A model generated the notes under the pieces. The model was not told the DNA's origin. It saw only the letters and a program-made list of their open reading frames with translations, and did no database searches. A stretch of DNA of 50,631 nucleotides. Origin: Nanobdellota archaeon. GTDB taxonomy: Archaea > Nanobdellota > Nanobdellia > Pacearchaeales > GW2011-AR1. The DNA lies in the NCBI GenBank assembly GCA_030648285.1, contig JAUSIC010000010.1, positions 1 to 50,631 of the forward strand, written 5' to 3'. The translations under genes were made by a program, and so were the position numbers. This document shows, in pieces, positions 9,533 to 17,935 of this stretch; position 1 is the first letter of the stretch; the number at the start of each line of letters is the position of its first letter.

Positions 9533-9639
9533 TGCGCCAGTCGAGAATTGAACTCGACCCTAAACCTTGTTCCGTTGGACGAACGCCCAAGCGTGGTCAT
9601 TCGTGGGAAGGTTTCATTCTGCCGATAAACTACTGGCGC
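9533..9639 (-). tRNA. tRNA-Gly (anticodon CCC) with a 36-nt intron at the canonical 37/38 position (intron 9568-9603)
   Basis: Reverse strand reads GCGCCAG-TA-GTTT-ATCGGCA-GAAT-G-AAACC-TTCCCA[CGAATG...GGAACA]A-GGTTT-AGGG-TCGAG-TTCAATT-CTCGA-CTGGCGC-A. TTCC pairs with GGAA (4 bp) between 3-nt bulges CAC and CAA, which is BHB geometry. It is one of the few GC-rich islands in an AT-rich genome. Confidence 0.8.
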
Positions 9640-9712
9640 ATTATTCCTTTAATATAATAAATCATTTAAAGATTTTCGTTAGTTTTTTATACATTCTCTT
9701 TCTATGTTTTAC

Positions 9713-11092
9713 ATGGCAAACAAGAAATTTTATGTTACAACAGCAATTGACTATGTCAATGCAGAACCGCATATAGGGCATGCTTATCAGAAAATCATAG
9801 CAGATGCTATTTCAAGATGGCATAAGCAGAAAGGAGAAAAGGTTTGGTTTTTGACAGGAACAGATGAACATGGAAAGAAAATTGCAATTTCTGCTGAAAA
9901 TGCCGGAAAAAAACCAAAAGAATTTGTTGATTCTATTTCCAAAAAGTTCAAGGAAGCATGGGATAAATTAGATATAGGGTACGACAAATTCATAAGAACA
10001 ACAGACAAAGAGCATGAAAAGTTCGTACAGGATTTTGTAAAAAAAGTTGAAAAAGATATTTACAAGGGAGAATATGAAGGATATTACTGCACGAGATGTG
10101 AGGCATATTACACTGAAAAAGATTTGGATAATGGATGTTGTCCTTATCATAAAACAAAAATAGAAAAAATAAAAGAAGAAACTTATTTTTTTAAGTTGAG
10201 CAAGTACCAGGATAAATTATTGAGATTATACAAAGAGCATCCTGAATTTGTGCTTCCAAAAGAAAGAAGAAATGAAATTGTTAACAGGGTGAAAGAAGGA
10301 CTTCAAGATTTAAGCATCACAAGGACTAATTTCTCATGGGGAATTGGTTTTCCATTGGATAAAAAGCATGTTGTTTATGTCTGGTTTGATGCTCTTTTGA
10401 ATTATTTATCTGGAGCAAATGGAAACTGGCCTGCTGATTTGCATTTGCTTGGAAAAGACAATGGTTGGTTTCATGCAGTAATCTGGCCCGCAATGCTACT
10501 CTCTGCAGGATACAAACTTCCGAAAACTGTTTTTATTCATGGATTCTTAACTTTCAATGGAGAAAAAATAAGCAAGAGTTTGGGAAATGTTATTTCTCCT
10601 AACTACTTAGTTGAAAAATATGGTGTTGATAGTGTAAGATATTTTGTTCTTAGAAATTTTGTTTTTGGAGAAGATGGGGATTTTTCAGAAAAAGTTCTTG
10701 TTGAGAGGTATAATAATGAACTTGCAAATAAATTAGGAAATTTAGTTTCAAGAGTTGCAACACTCATTGAAAAGAATGGAATTGAAAAAATACAAAACAA
10801 ATTAATTAAAAAGTTAAAATTAAAAGAAATTGAAGAAGATTTTGATAATTATGAATTTGATAAAGCATTAAATGAAATCTTTGCTTTCATTGATATCTGC
10901 AATGAATATGTTCAGAGTAAAAAGCCATGGGAAACAAAGGATAAAAAAGTTTTATATGAATTGAAAGAAAGCATTTTGAAAATTGCAGAATTGCTTTACC
11001 CATTCATTCCTTCAACAAGCGAGAAAATAACAAAACAGTTTAGTGTGAAGAATATTGAGAAGGGAGAGATATTATTCAGGAAAATTGAATAA
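9713..11092 (+). CDS. metG: methionyl-tRNA synthetase, catalytic core (no C-terminal tRNA-binding domain)
   Basis: TTAIDYVNAEPHIGHAYQ (HIGH) and KISKSLGN (KMSKS). The ATG at 9713 lies ~22 nt after TATA ttttttata (leaderless geometry); the ORF track starts at 9704. Confidence 0.93.
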   Translation: MANKKFYVTTAIDYVNAEPHIGHAYQKIIADAISRWHKQKGEKVWFLTGTDEHGKKIAISAENAGKKPKEFVDSISKKFKEAWDKLDIGYDKFIRTTDKEHEKFVQDFVKKVEKDIYKGEYEGYYCTRCEAYYTEKDLDNGCCPYHKTKIEKIKEETYFFKLSKYQDKLLRLYKEHPEFVLPKERRNEIVNRVKEGLQDLSITRTNFSWGIGFPLDKKHVVYVWFDALLNYLSGANGNWPADLHLLGKDNGWFHAVIWPAMLLSAGYKLPKTVFIHGFLTFNGEKISKSLGNVISPNYLVEKYGVDSVRYFVLRNFVFGEDGDFSEKVLVERYNNELANKLGNLVSRVATLIEKNGIEKIQNKLIKKLKLKEIEEDFDNYEFDKALNEIFAFIDICNEYVQSKKPWETKDKKVLYELKESILKIAELLYPFIPSTSEKITKQFSVKNIEKGEILFRKIE

Positions 11093-11134
11093 TAGAATAT
11101 AAATCTTTATTAAGTATTTTTAAAATAAAATTAA

Positions 11135-12214
11135 ATGCTTGGAATTGAAAAGTGGAGAAAAGAAATACCTCTTATGCGAGTGGCTATTCTTGGGGATTTT
11201 TATTTAGATAGAAATAATGTTAATATGCTTATTGGAAGAAATTCTTTAGAACATGAAATAGTTCCCATAAGATTTTCTACAAACGAAGAAACAGAGTATG
11301 CTCCTGGGGGAGCGGGAAATGTTGCTGTTAATTTTAAGAAACTTGGAGTTGAGGTTGTGCCTTTTGGTGTTATTGGAATAGATCATAGAAGTAAGCAATT
11401 AGTGGAACTACTCGAGCATCTTGGAATATCTACTGAAGGTTTGATTGTTGACACTGGAAGAATAACTCCTTCTTATGAAAAATTTCATTTAGAAACAGAT
11501 GCAAAAGTTCAAGATTATAGATTAGATACACCTATTAAAAGAGAACCTAGTCCCTCAAGCCAACAGAGATTGCTTGAAAAATTAGCAGATAACTATACTA
11601 TTGGAAGGATAAATGCTGTTTATATTGCAGACCAAACTCCAACAAGCAATTATCCATGCATTACGCTAGGGTTGAGAAAAGGAATTCGAGAATCATTAAT
11701 TTCTGAAAAAGAGAGGAGAAAAGGAGAAGATTTCCATGTTATGGTTGATTCAAGAGAAAGAATAAGAGACTGGGCAAATGGCAAATTTATTTTAAAACCA
11801 AATCAAAGAGAAATTTGGAGAGAATACAGGAATGAAGAAGAAATAATAACAAATTCAATTTTTAAGGCTGAATCAATGAGATATATTTTTGAACAAGAGG
11901 TTAAAAAACTTTATTCTGATACCCCTATGTTTGTTACACTTCATGATAAAGGAGCTGCTTTATTCCAGAAAGGTTTTCAATCAGAATATATACCCACATT
12001 ATCTGTTAAAGATGGAGACCCTACGGGGTGTGGAGATGCTTTTGGTACAGCTGCACTTACTGCGTTGAGTGTTGGAGAAAGTTTTAATCAAGCAGGAAGG
12101 TTTGGAAATTCTGCTGCTTATCATACAATACAACAAATGGGAATGTGTGGAATGCCTAATTTGGAAGAATTATTTAAAAACTACCAACACATATATGGTT
12201 CATGGGCAAAATAG
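11135..12214 (+). CDS. PfkB-family sugar kinase, HldE/RfaE domain-I-like
   Basis: VAILGDFYLDR...APGGAGNVAVNFKKLG resembles RfaE domain I. C-terminal PfkB motif DPTGCGDAFGTAAL. Confidence 0.8.
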   Translation: MLGIEKWRKEIPLMRVAILGDFYLDRNNVNMLIGRNSLEHEIVPIRFSTNEETEYAPGGAGNVAVNFKKLGVEVVPFGVIGIDHRSKQLVELLEHLGISTEGLIVDTGRITPSYEKFHLETDAKVQDYRLDTPIKREPSPSSQQRLLEKLADNYTIGRINAVYIADQTPTSNYPCITLGLRKGIRESLISEKERRKGEDFHVMVDSRERIRDWANGKFILKPNQREIWREYRNEEEIITNSIFKAESMRYIFEQEVKKLYSDTPMFVTLHDKGAALFQKGFQSEYIPTLSVKDGDPTGCGDAFGTAALTALSVGESFNQAGRFGNSAAYHTIQQMGMCGMPNLEELFKNYQHIYGSWAK

Positions 12215-12263
12215 GAAATTTTCCCCAAAATACAAAATTGGTTAGGAAGTATTTTGCATAATG
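12214..12263 (+). promoter_or_regulatory. L-motif 5' leader, copy A
   Basis: ggaaattttccccaaaatacaaaattggttaggaagtattttgcataATG. Arms aatacaaaat/attttgcata enclose a GGAAGT loop, and the ATG directly follows. Confidence 0.6.
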
Positions 12264-12602
12264 GACAATATAGTTAATTTTTCTGACTGGGAAAAAATTG
12301 ATTTGCGAGTTGGAAGAATAGTAAATGTTGAAGATATAGAAGGAGCAGACAAGCTTTACAAATTAACAGTTGATTTGGGAAATGAAATAGGAGAGAGAGT
12401 TGTTTGTGCAGGAATAAAAATGCATTATTCAAGAGAAGATTTGGTTGGAAAGAAAATTATTGTTTTTGTTAATCTTGCTCCAAGAAAATTAAAAGGAATT
12501 GAAAGCAAAGGCATGATTCTTGCTGCTGTTTCTAAAGACGAAAGTCAAGTTGTTTTATTAAGTCCTGAGAAAGATGTTGAAGTGGGTAGTAGGGTGAGAT
12601 AA
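12261..12602 (+). CDS. stand-alone tRNA-binding domain protein (Trbp111/CsaA/MetRS C-terminal-like)
   Basis: IDLRVGRIVNVEDIEGADKLYKLTVDLG...VCAGIKMHY...NLAPRKLKGIESKGMILAA is an OB-fold tRNA-binding domain signature. Confidence 0.9.
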   Translation: MDNIVNFSDWEKIDLRVGRIVNVEDIEGADKLYKLTVDLGNEIGERVVCAGIKMHYSREDLVGKKIIVFVNLAPRKLKGIESKGMILAAVSKDESQVVLLSPEKDVEVGSRVR

Positions 12603-12647
12603 ATAGACTACAATAATATTTATAAAGCATTAAATTATCGCTGCAAT

Positions 12648-13001
12648 ATGGAAAAACCTATTGAACCAAGACTTGAGAAGAACCCTGTCGAAGATCTTAG
12701 TTATGTAACTTTTAATCCGAATGGTTACCCTGATAAACATATTTATGCTGAATGTGTAGATAATCATTATGCTGTATTTGTTGCAAGGGGCGAGAGATGT
12801 TTGAGAAGTTTAACTCCAGGCTCTTCAACTAGTACCTTTTCAAGAAACTGTTCTGAATTAAGAGGAATAGTTCATTCAAGAGAAGAAGCAGAACGAATGA
12901 TTGAGCAAATCGGGAAATCTAGATTAGAACCTCTTATTGATGAAGAAAGAAAACGAATAGGATGGGAAGCTCAATTTGCCGGACATCCGCCTTACCTTTA
13001 A
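12648..13001 (+). CDS. hypothetical protein (GC-richer, Arg-rich orphan)
   Basis: 117-aa ORF. TATA tatttataaa lies ~25 nt upstream. No family recognised. Confidence 0.55.
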   Translation: MEKPIEPRLEKNPVEDLSYVTFNPNGYPDKHIYAECVDNHYAVFVARGERCLRSLTPGSSTSTFSRNCSELRGIVHSREEAERMIEQIGKSRLEPLIDEERKRIGWEAQFAGHPPYL

Positions 13002-13018
13002 ATAACTTTTTGAGATAA

Positions 13019-13798
13019 TTATTTCTTCTTTTTCTTGAACCTGCCGAAGATTTTTTCTAAAATCTTTTCCCTGTCTTTTTTTGAATCATAATCAACGTTT
13101 AATAGCTTAGCTGCAATTTCTTTGTAAGCACGAGAGGCTTTGCTTTTTGGATGAGTGTGAACAACAGCATCTTTTGAGTTAAGGGCTTTTTGAACACAAA
13201 TGTCTTCTGGAACCATTCCTAAAATTGGAACTTCTAGCATCTCTCTAACTGTTTCAGGGGTTAATTCAAAATTATTTTTTCTTACTCTTGTAACAACAAC
13301 CCCTAAGATATGCTTTCTCATTTGTTCTGCAATCTTTATTGTTTTTAAAGCATCTGTAATTGCAGGAAGTTCTGGATTTGTTACAATAATTAATTCTTCT
13401 GCCAAATCTATTGTTCCAATTGCTTCTGCACCAAGTCCTGCAGAACTATCTACAAGAACATACTCTGAAATTTCTTTAAAATCTTCTTTAAAATCTTTTA
13501 TTCTTTCAGGATGAATTTTTTTCAATTCTTTTATTGAAAGAGAAGAAGGCATTATTTTTATTCCTGATTCATGCTCATAAACAGCTTCAAAAGGACTTGC
13601 TTTTTTCAGCAAGACATGATTTAAACTAATTGGAACTTCTGGAGAATTCAGATGAATTCCTACATTAGGAGTTGATAAATTTCCATCAACTATAAGAACA
13701 TCTTTTCCAAAATAGTTCATAGCAGCGCCTAGGTTTATAGCTGTTGTAGTTTTTCCTACACCACCTTTTCCAGATGTAATAACGATTAATTTTTTCAT
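13019..13798 (-). CDS. minD: MinD/ParA-family P-loop ATPase
   Basis: Deviant Walker A ITSGKGGVGKTTTAINLG; 259 aa. Confidence 0.9.
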   Translation of the reverse strand: MKKLIVITSGKGGVGKTTTAINLGAAMNYFGKDVLIVDGNLSTPNVGIHLNSPEVPISLNHVLLKKASPFEAVYEHESGIKIMPSSLSIKELKKIHPERIKDFKEDFKEISEYVLVDSSAGLGAEAIGTIDLAEELIIVTNPELPAITDALKTIKIAEQMRKHILGVVVTRVRKNNFELTPETVREMLEVPILGMVPEDICVQKALNSKDAVVHTHPKSKASRAYKEIAAKLLNVDYDSKKDREKILEKIFGRFKKKKK

Positions 13799-13811
13799 GT
13801 CTAAACTCGTT

Positions 13812-14252
13812 CTATGATGAAAGAAATTGCTTTGTTTTGCTTATAAATTTTTCTAACTTTTCTGCATAAATTTTAAGCTGTTCAAGATTTATATCTATTT
13901 CTTCTCCCCTGTAGAAAACTTTTAAGGTAACATTTTTTCTGAATTCCCCTATCCTTTCTGTCCTCAAATCTTTTATTTTTCTGAACATCTCATACATTTC
14001 AATTACTTCTAAGAATTCTTTGTCTTTTTTGAATAATATCCTTATTTTATCCATTTGCTCCAAAGGGCTCGATGGAACTGATGAAACTTTTTTCTTTTTC
14101 TTGGCATATTTTAATATCTCGCTGATGCTAGTTTCAATCATTTTTGCCCATCTTAAAAGCAAATTCATGATTACATCACATGTCTTCGTGTACTTCAAGC
14201 TTACATAAAGAAGATGGTCTGCGCTGATTTTTTCTTGTATTATTTCTTCCAT
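13812..14252 (-). CDS. hypothetical helical protein, tandem paralog 1
   Basis: ADHLLYVSLKYTKT...ISEILKY resembles VDHMIYITFPLVKD...ISAILQY of the neighbouring ORF. ATG at 14252; the ORF track extends to a TTG at 14264. Confidence 0.55.
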   Translation of the reverse strand: MEEIIQEKISADHLLYVSLKYTKTCDVIMNLLLRWAKMIETSISEILKYAKKKKKVSSVPSSPLEQMDKIRILFKKDKEFLEVIEMYEMFRKIKDLRTERIGEFRKNVTLKVFYRGEEIDINLEQLKIYAEKLEKFISKTKQFLSS

Positions 14253-14318
14253 TCCTCTGTTCAAATTTGTCCTTTAGAACTATGTTTTAATAGCATCTTG
14301 GGGTTTTTATACTTATCT

Positions 14319-14783
14319 TCACTTTTGTATAAACATTGTTTTTGCTTTTCTAACCATATTTTTAGTTAAAAACAGGAAAAATTTAATTTTTTCCATTGTT
14401 ATTATTTGGGCTTTCATGCTTTCAGAAACAATTATCATTTTTTCATCCTTAAAGAAACCCATTGGGCTTTCCCTATATCTTTCAATAATATCAAATAAGT
14501 CTAATATAGCATTAATTTCTTCTTTAGTTATTTTATATCTTGGAGAACATCTTTTGACAAAAGTCTCGAAATTTTCCTTTGCACTCTTGTATAAAACTAT
14601 CCTTTCATTGATATACTCATATTGCAAGATAGCACTAATGCAGTTAACTATTGCAGATTTTATTTCTGTTAGTATTTTGAAGAGGAGCCTTTTGTCTTTT
14701 ACTAATGGAAATGTTATATAAATCATATGGTCTACATATTGGATTGTTCTTTCTGCTTCTCTTAAATGTTCCAAAAACTTCAT
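14319..14783 (-). CDS. hypothetical helical protein, tandem paralog 2
   Basis: 154-aa ORF with N-terminal similarity to 13812-14252. Confidence 0.55.
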   Translation of the reverse strand: MKFLEHLREAERTIQYVDHMIYITFPLVKDKRLLFKILTEIKSAIVNCISAILQYEYINERIVLYKSAKENFETFVKRCSPRYKITKEEINAILDLFDIIERYRESPMGFFKDEKMIIVSESMKAQIITMEKIKFFLFLTKNMVRKAKTMFIQK

Positions 14784-14827
14784 ATTTTGAAGAAGAAGGG
14801 TAAATTGATATAGATTTCGTTACAGAA

Positions 14828-15157
14828 TTATATATTACTTAATTTCATTATTGCCTCTGCTAAATCCCCTGTTTCTTCTAACGCATGTTTTGCCTCTTCT
14901 TCTGAAGCATTTGTCTTTTCTATTATTGTTTTAATGTCTTGTTCTGAAAAAGAATTTTGTTCTTCATGAATTTCTCCTGAAATTTGAAAAGTTTCTTGCC
15001 CATTCATTTTTACTCGTGTTACAGAAGGTTCATCAATGATTATTTTAGTGTTATCTGTTTTTTCAATTATAACACGAGAACAAGGTATTTCTTCCTGAGA
15101 AATTCCCATCTGTTTCATAACAGCCTGCATTTTTTTAGGGTCTAAATTTGGAAACAT
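14828..15157 (-). CDS. nac: nascent polypeptide-associated complex protein (archaeal NAC alpha)
   Basis: MFPNLDPKKMQAVMKQMGI N-terminus, NAC β-barrel region and C-terminal UBA-like EEEAKHALEETGDLAEAIMKL. Confidence 0.9.
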   Translation of the reverse strand: MFPNLDPKKMQAVMKQMGISQEEIPCSRVIIEKTDNTKIIIDEPSVTRVKMNGQETFQISGEIHEEQNSFSEQDIKTIIEKTNASEEEAKHALEETGDLAEAIMKLSNI

Positions 15158-15158
15158 T

Positions 15159-15314
15159 TTAAGATTTAATAACTAAACCAAGAGCAATTCTAAAAACCAG
15201 AATTAAAGCTATAAAGATTAACACATGAACTGGTTTTAAACTGAATCTGCTTTTGTAACTTTCTTTGAATCTAACCAAGCCTCCCATTCCAGAAGGCATG
15301 CTTTGTTCTGCCAT
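15159..15314 (-). CDS. secG: preprotein translocase subunit Sec61β (archaeal SecG)
   Basis: MAEQSMPSGMGGLVRFKESY...KPVHVLIFIALILVF has a single C-terminal TM. The start is set at the ATG that ends the L-motif; the ORF-track extension to 15425 reads through the leader (MEVFCIM). Confidence 0.8.
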   Translation of the reverse strand: MAEQSMPSGMGGLVRFKESYKSRFSLKPVHVLIFIALILVFRIALGLVIKS

Positions 15315-15368
15315 TATGCAAAATACCTCCATGCCAATTTTGTATTTGTGCTGAACGTTAGTTCTGCC
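15312..15368 (-). promoter_or_regulatory. L-motif 5' leader, copy B
   Basis: Reverse strand reads ggcagaactaacgttcagcacaaatacaaaattggcatggaggtattttgcataATG, 51/57 identical to copy D. TATA ctttttatac lies 25 nt upstream. Confidence 0.7.
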
Positions 15369-15423
15369 ATATGAAAATTTTATGTTTGGGGAGTATAAAA
15401 AGTTTGCTGATGAGAAGTTTTTC

Positions 15424-15540
15424 AATAATCTTTTTATAGTTGTTATTTTTTAATAAGTATGAGGGGCGAGATGAAAAAAGAAGAAAGACTTGACCACGAG
15501 TTCTATCTCTAATTATTTTAGAAGAATTGAAAAATAATTC
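15424..15540 (+). pseudogene. Ghost (internally deleted) copy of the surface-protein gene 23602-26715
   Basis: aataatctttttata...gtatgaggggcgaGatgaaaaaa matches 23566-23625. gaagaaagacttgaccacgagttctatctctaattattttagaagaattg matches 26660-26708 without gaps. The tail frame reads KKDLTTSSISNYFRRIEK* against KKDMTTHSISNYFRRIGKR*, but is out of frame with the retained ATG (15459). Confidence 0.7.
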
Positions 15541-15578
15541 ATTATCTTTATAAATTCCAGTCGTTTCTTTTTTTCATA

Positions 15579-17930
15579 ATGGAATTTGATTTCAAGAAGA
15601 TAGAAGAAAAATGGAGAAAATACTGGGAAAAAGAGAAAATTTATGCATTTGATATTAAAAGTAACAAGAAAATTTATTCAGTAGATACTCCTCCTCCGAC
15701 TGTTTCAGGAAGAATGCATATTGGGCATGCTTTTTCTTATTCACAGCAAGATTTTATTGTAAGATACAAAAGAATGAGGGGTTTCAATATTTATTATCCA
15801 TTTGGAACAGATAATAATGGAGTTGCAACAGAAAGATTAATTGAGAAAGAAAAAAATGTTCGTTCAAGAGATATGCCGAGACAAAAATTTATTGAATTGT
15901 GCTTTGATTTCTTGAGAAAAGAACTTCCTTTGTTTATTCAAGACTGGAAGAATATTGGAATAAGTTCTGACTGGGAACTAAGCTATTCTACAATTAGCGA
16001 TTATTCAAGAAAAATAAGCCAATGGAGTTTTTTGGATTTGTATAATAAAAAAAGACTTTACAGGAAAGATGCGCCTTCAATGTGGTGTCCTGAATGCCAA
16101 ACAGGAATTTCACAGGTAGAAGCACAGGATAAAGAAATAGAAAGTAGTTTCAATGATATTATTTTTCAAATTGGGAAAGAACCATTAGTTATTGCTACAA
16201 CACGTCCGGAGTTACTTCCTGCTTGTGTTTCTATTTTTTATCATCCTATGGATTCGAGATATAAAAAATTGAAAGGAAAAAAAGCAAAAGTTCCTTTGTT
16301 TGATTTTGAAGTTCCTATAATGGAAGATGAAAGAGTTGACAAAGAAAAAGGAACAGGAATTGTAATGTGCTGCACTTTTGGAGACCAGACAGATATGGAA
16401 TGGCAGAAAGCATATAATCTTCCGATAAAAGAAGCAATCACAAGAGAAGGAAAAATGTCTCTTATTTCTGGAAAATACAAAGGAATGAAAATAAAAGAAG
16501 CAAGAAAAGAAATCATTGAAGATTTAAGAAAAAATAATTTATTAAAAAAACAGGAAAAGATTACTCATACTGTTAATGTTCATGAAAGATGTGGAACTGA
16601 AATTGAGTTTGTAAAATCAAAGCAATGGTTTGTAAAATATCTTGACTTAAAAAAAGAAATGATTTCGTGGGGGAGAAAGTTAAACTGGTATCCTGAATAT
16701 ATGAGAGTAAGATATGAAAATTGGATTAAAGGTTTACAATGGGATTGGCTGATTTCAAGACAAAGATATTTTGGAGTTCCATTTCCTGTTTGGTACTGCA
16801 AGAAATGCGGAGAAATAATCGTTGCTGATGAAAAAGATTTGCCTGTTGATCCTTTGCAGGACAAGCCTGGAAAAAGATGTAAATGTGGAAGCAGTGATTT
16901 TATTCCTGAAAATGATGTTCTTGATACTTGGTTCACAAGTTCAATGTCTCCTGTAATTGCGACAAGACTTTTGGATAAAAAATTTCAAGACAAAGTTTTT
17001 CCAATGAGCTTGCGTCCTCAAGCACAAGATATCATAACTTTTTGGCTTTTCAATACTGTTGTAAAAAGTAATTTGCATTTCAAGAAAAATCCTTTCAAAG
17101 ATGTTGTTGTTTCTGGATTTGTAACATTGAAAGGAGAGAAAATGTCAAAGAGCAAAGGAAATGTAATTCAACCAAGAGAAGTTGTGGAAAAATTTGGAGC
17201 AGATGCTTTAAGATATTGGGCTGCCTCTTCTAAATTAGGAGAAGATACTGATTATGAAGAAAAAGATGTTGTAACAGGAAAAAAATTTGTTACAAAAATA
17301 CTTAATGCTTCTAATTTTATCTTTATGAATCTGAAAAATTTCAAGAAACCAAAGAAACTTTCAGAAGTAGATAGATTGTTTTTTAGAGAATTCAATAAAG
17401 TTATAAAAAATTCAACAAACTCTTTTGAAAAATATGAATATGCAAAATCAAAAAGTGAAGTTGATTATTTCTTTTGGAAAGTTTTTGCGGATAATTATTT
17501 GGAAATTGTAAAGAACAGAGTTTACAATGGAACAAAAGAAGAAAAAGATTCTGCATTTTACACTCTGTATAATATTTTACTTGGAATTCTGAAAATGATG
17601 GCTCCTTTTACTCCATTCATAACAGAAGAAATTTATCAAACTCATTTTAAGAAAAATGAGAAAACAAAAAGCATACATTTGTGTTCTTGGCCAGAAGAAT
17701 TTAAGGTTGAAAATAAAAAGCAGGATGATGAGAAATTTACAAGTTTATTAGATGTTATCTCAAAAGTCAGGAAAGAAAAGTCACAACAGCAGAAATCTAT
17801 GAAAGCAGAAATTATTTTGACAATTGACAAAAAAGCTCAAAAAATTTTGAAAGATGTTTTAAACGATTTGAAATCTGTTGTAAGTGCTAAGGAAATTAAG
17901 ACAGGGAAATTTAAGGTAGAGTTTGTATAA
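15579..17930 (+). CDS. valS: valyl-tRNA synthetase
   Basis: VDTPPPTVSGRMHIGHAFSY (HIGH), KMSKSKGN, the CP1 editing-domain region, and 783 aa with an archaeal ValRS-like N-terminus (KWRKYWEKEKIY). Confidence 0.9.
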   Translation: MEFDFKKIEEKWRKYWEKEKIYAFDIKSNKKIYSVDTPPPTVSGRMHIGHAFSYSQQDFIVRYKRMRGFNIYYPFGTDNNGVATERLIEKEKNVRSRDMPRQKFIELCFDFLRKELPLFIQDWKNIGISSDWELSYSTISDYSRKISQWSFLDLYNKKRLYRKDAPSMWCPECQTGISQVEAQDKEIESSFNDIIFQIGKEPLVIATTRPELLPACVSIFYHPMDSRYKKLKGKKAKVPLFDFEVPIMEDERVDKEKGTGIVMCCTFGDQTDMEWQKAYNLPIKEAITREGKMSLISGKYKGMKIKEARKEIIEDLRKNNLLKKQEKITHTVNVHERCGTEIEFVKSKQWFVKYLDLKKEMISWGRKLNWYPEYMRVRYENWIKGLQWDWLISRQRYFGVPFPVWYCKKCGEIIVADEKDLPVDPLQDKPGKRCKCGSSDFIPENDVLDTWFTSSMSPVIATRLLDKKFQDKVFPMSLRPQAQDIITFWLFNTVVKSNLHFKKNPFKDVVVSGFVTLKGEKMSKSKGNVIQPREVVEKFGADALRYWAASSKLGEDTDYEEKDVVTGKKFVTKILNASNFIFMNLKNFKKPKKLSEVDRLFFREFNKVIKNSTNSFEKYEYAKSKSEVDYFFWKVFADNYLEIVKNRVYNGTKEEKDSAFYTLYNILLGILKMMAPFTPFITEEIYQTHFKKNEKTKSIHLCSWPEEFKVENKKQDDEKFTSLLDVISKVRKEKSQQQKSMKAEIILTIDKKAQKILKDVLNDLKSVVSAKEIKTGKFKVEFV

Positions 17931-17935
17931 ATAAA

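Noticed and set aside
9567-9776. 69-aa ORF on the + strand from the six-frame track
   Set aside because: It overlaps the intron-containing tRNA-Gly on the opposite strand and the metG promoter and start. It has no coding features, and the GC-rich part is explained by the tRNA.
15315-15425. N-terminal extension of the Sec61β ORF; the same MEVFCI extension occurs at 28040-28057
   Set aside because: The upstream in-frame ATG is the ATGGAGGT version of the Shine-Dalgarno inside the L-motif. Other copies have TTGAGAGGT, CAAAGAGGT or TTAGGAAGT at the same place, so the sequence is leader, not coding.
15424-15540. Ghost locus considered as a DGR template repeat for the surface-protein gene
   Set aside because: Mismatches between the copies are of all types (a/g, c/t, t/a, g/a, a/c), not adenine-specific. 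The matching parts are the gene ends rather than a C-terminal variable region, and no reverse transcriptase is in the window.
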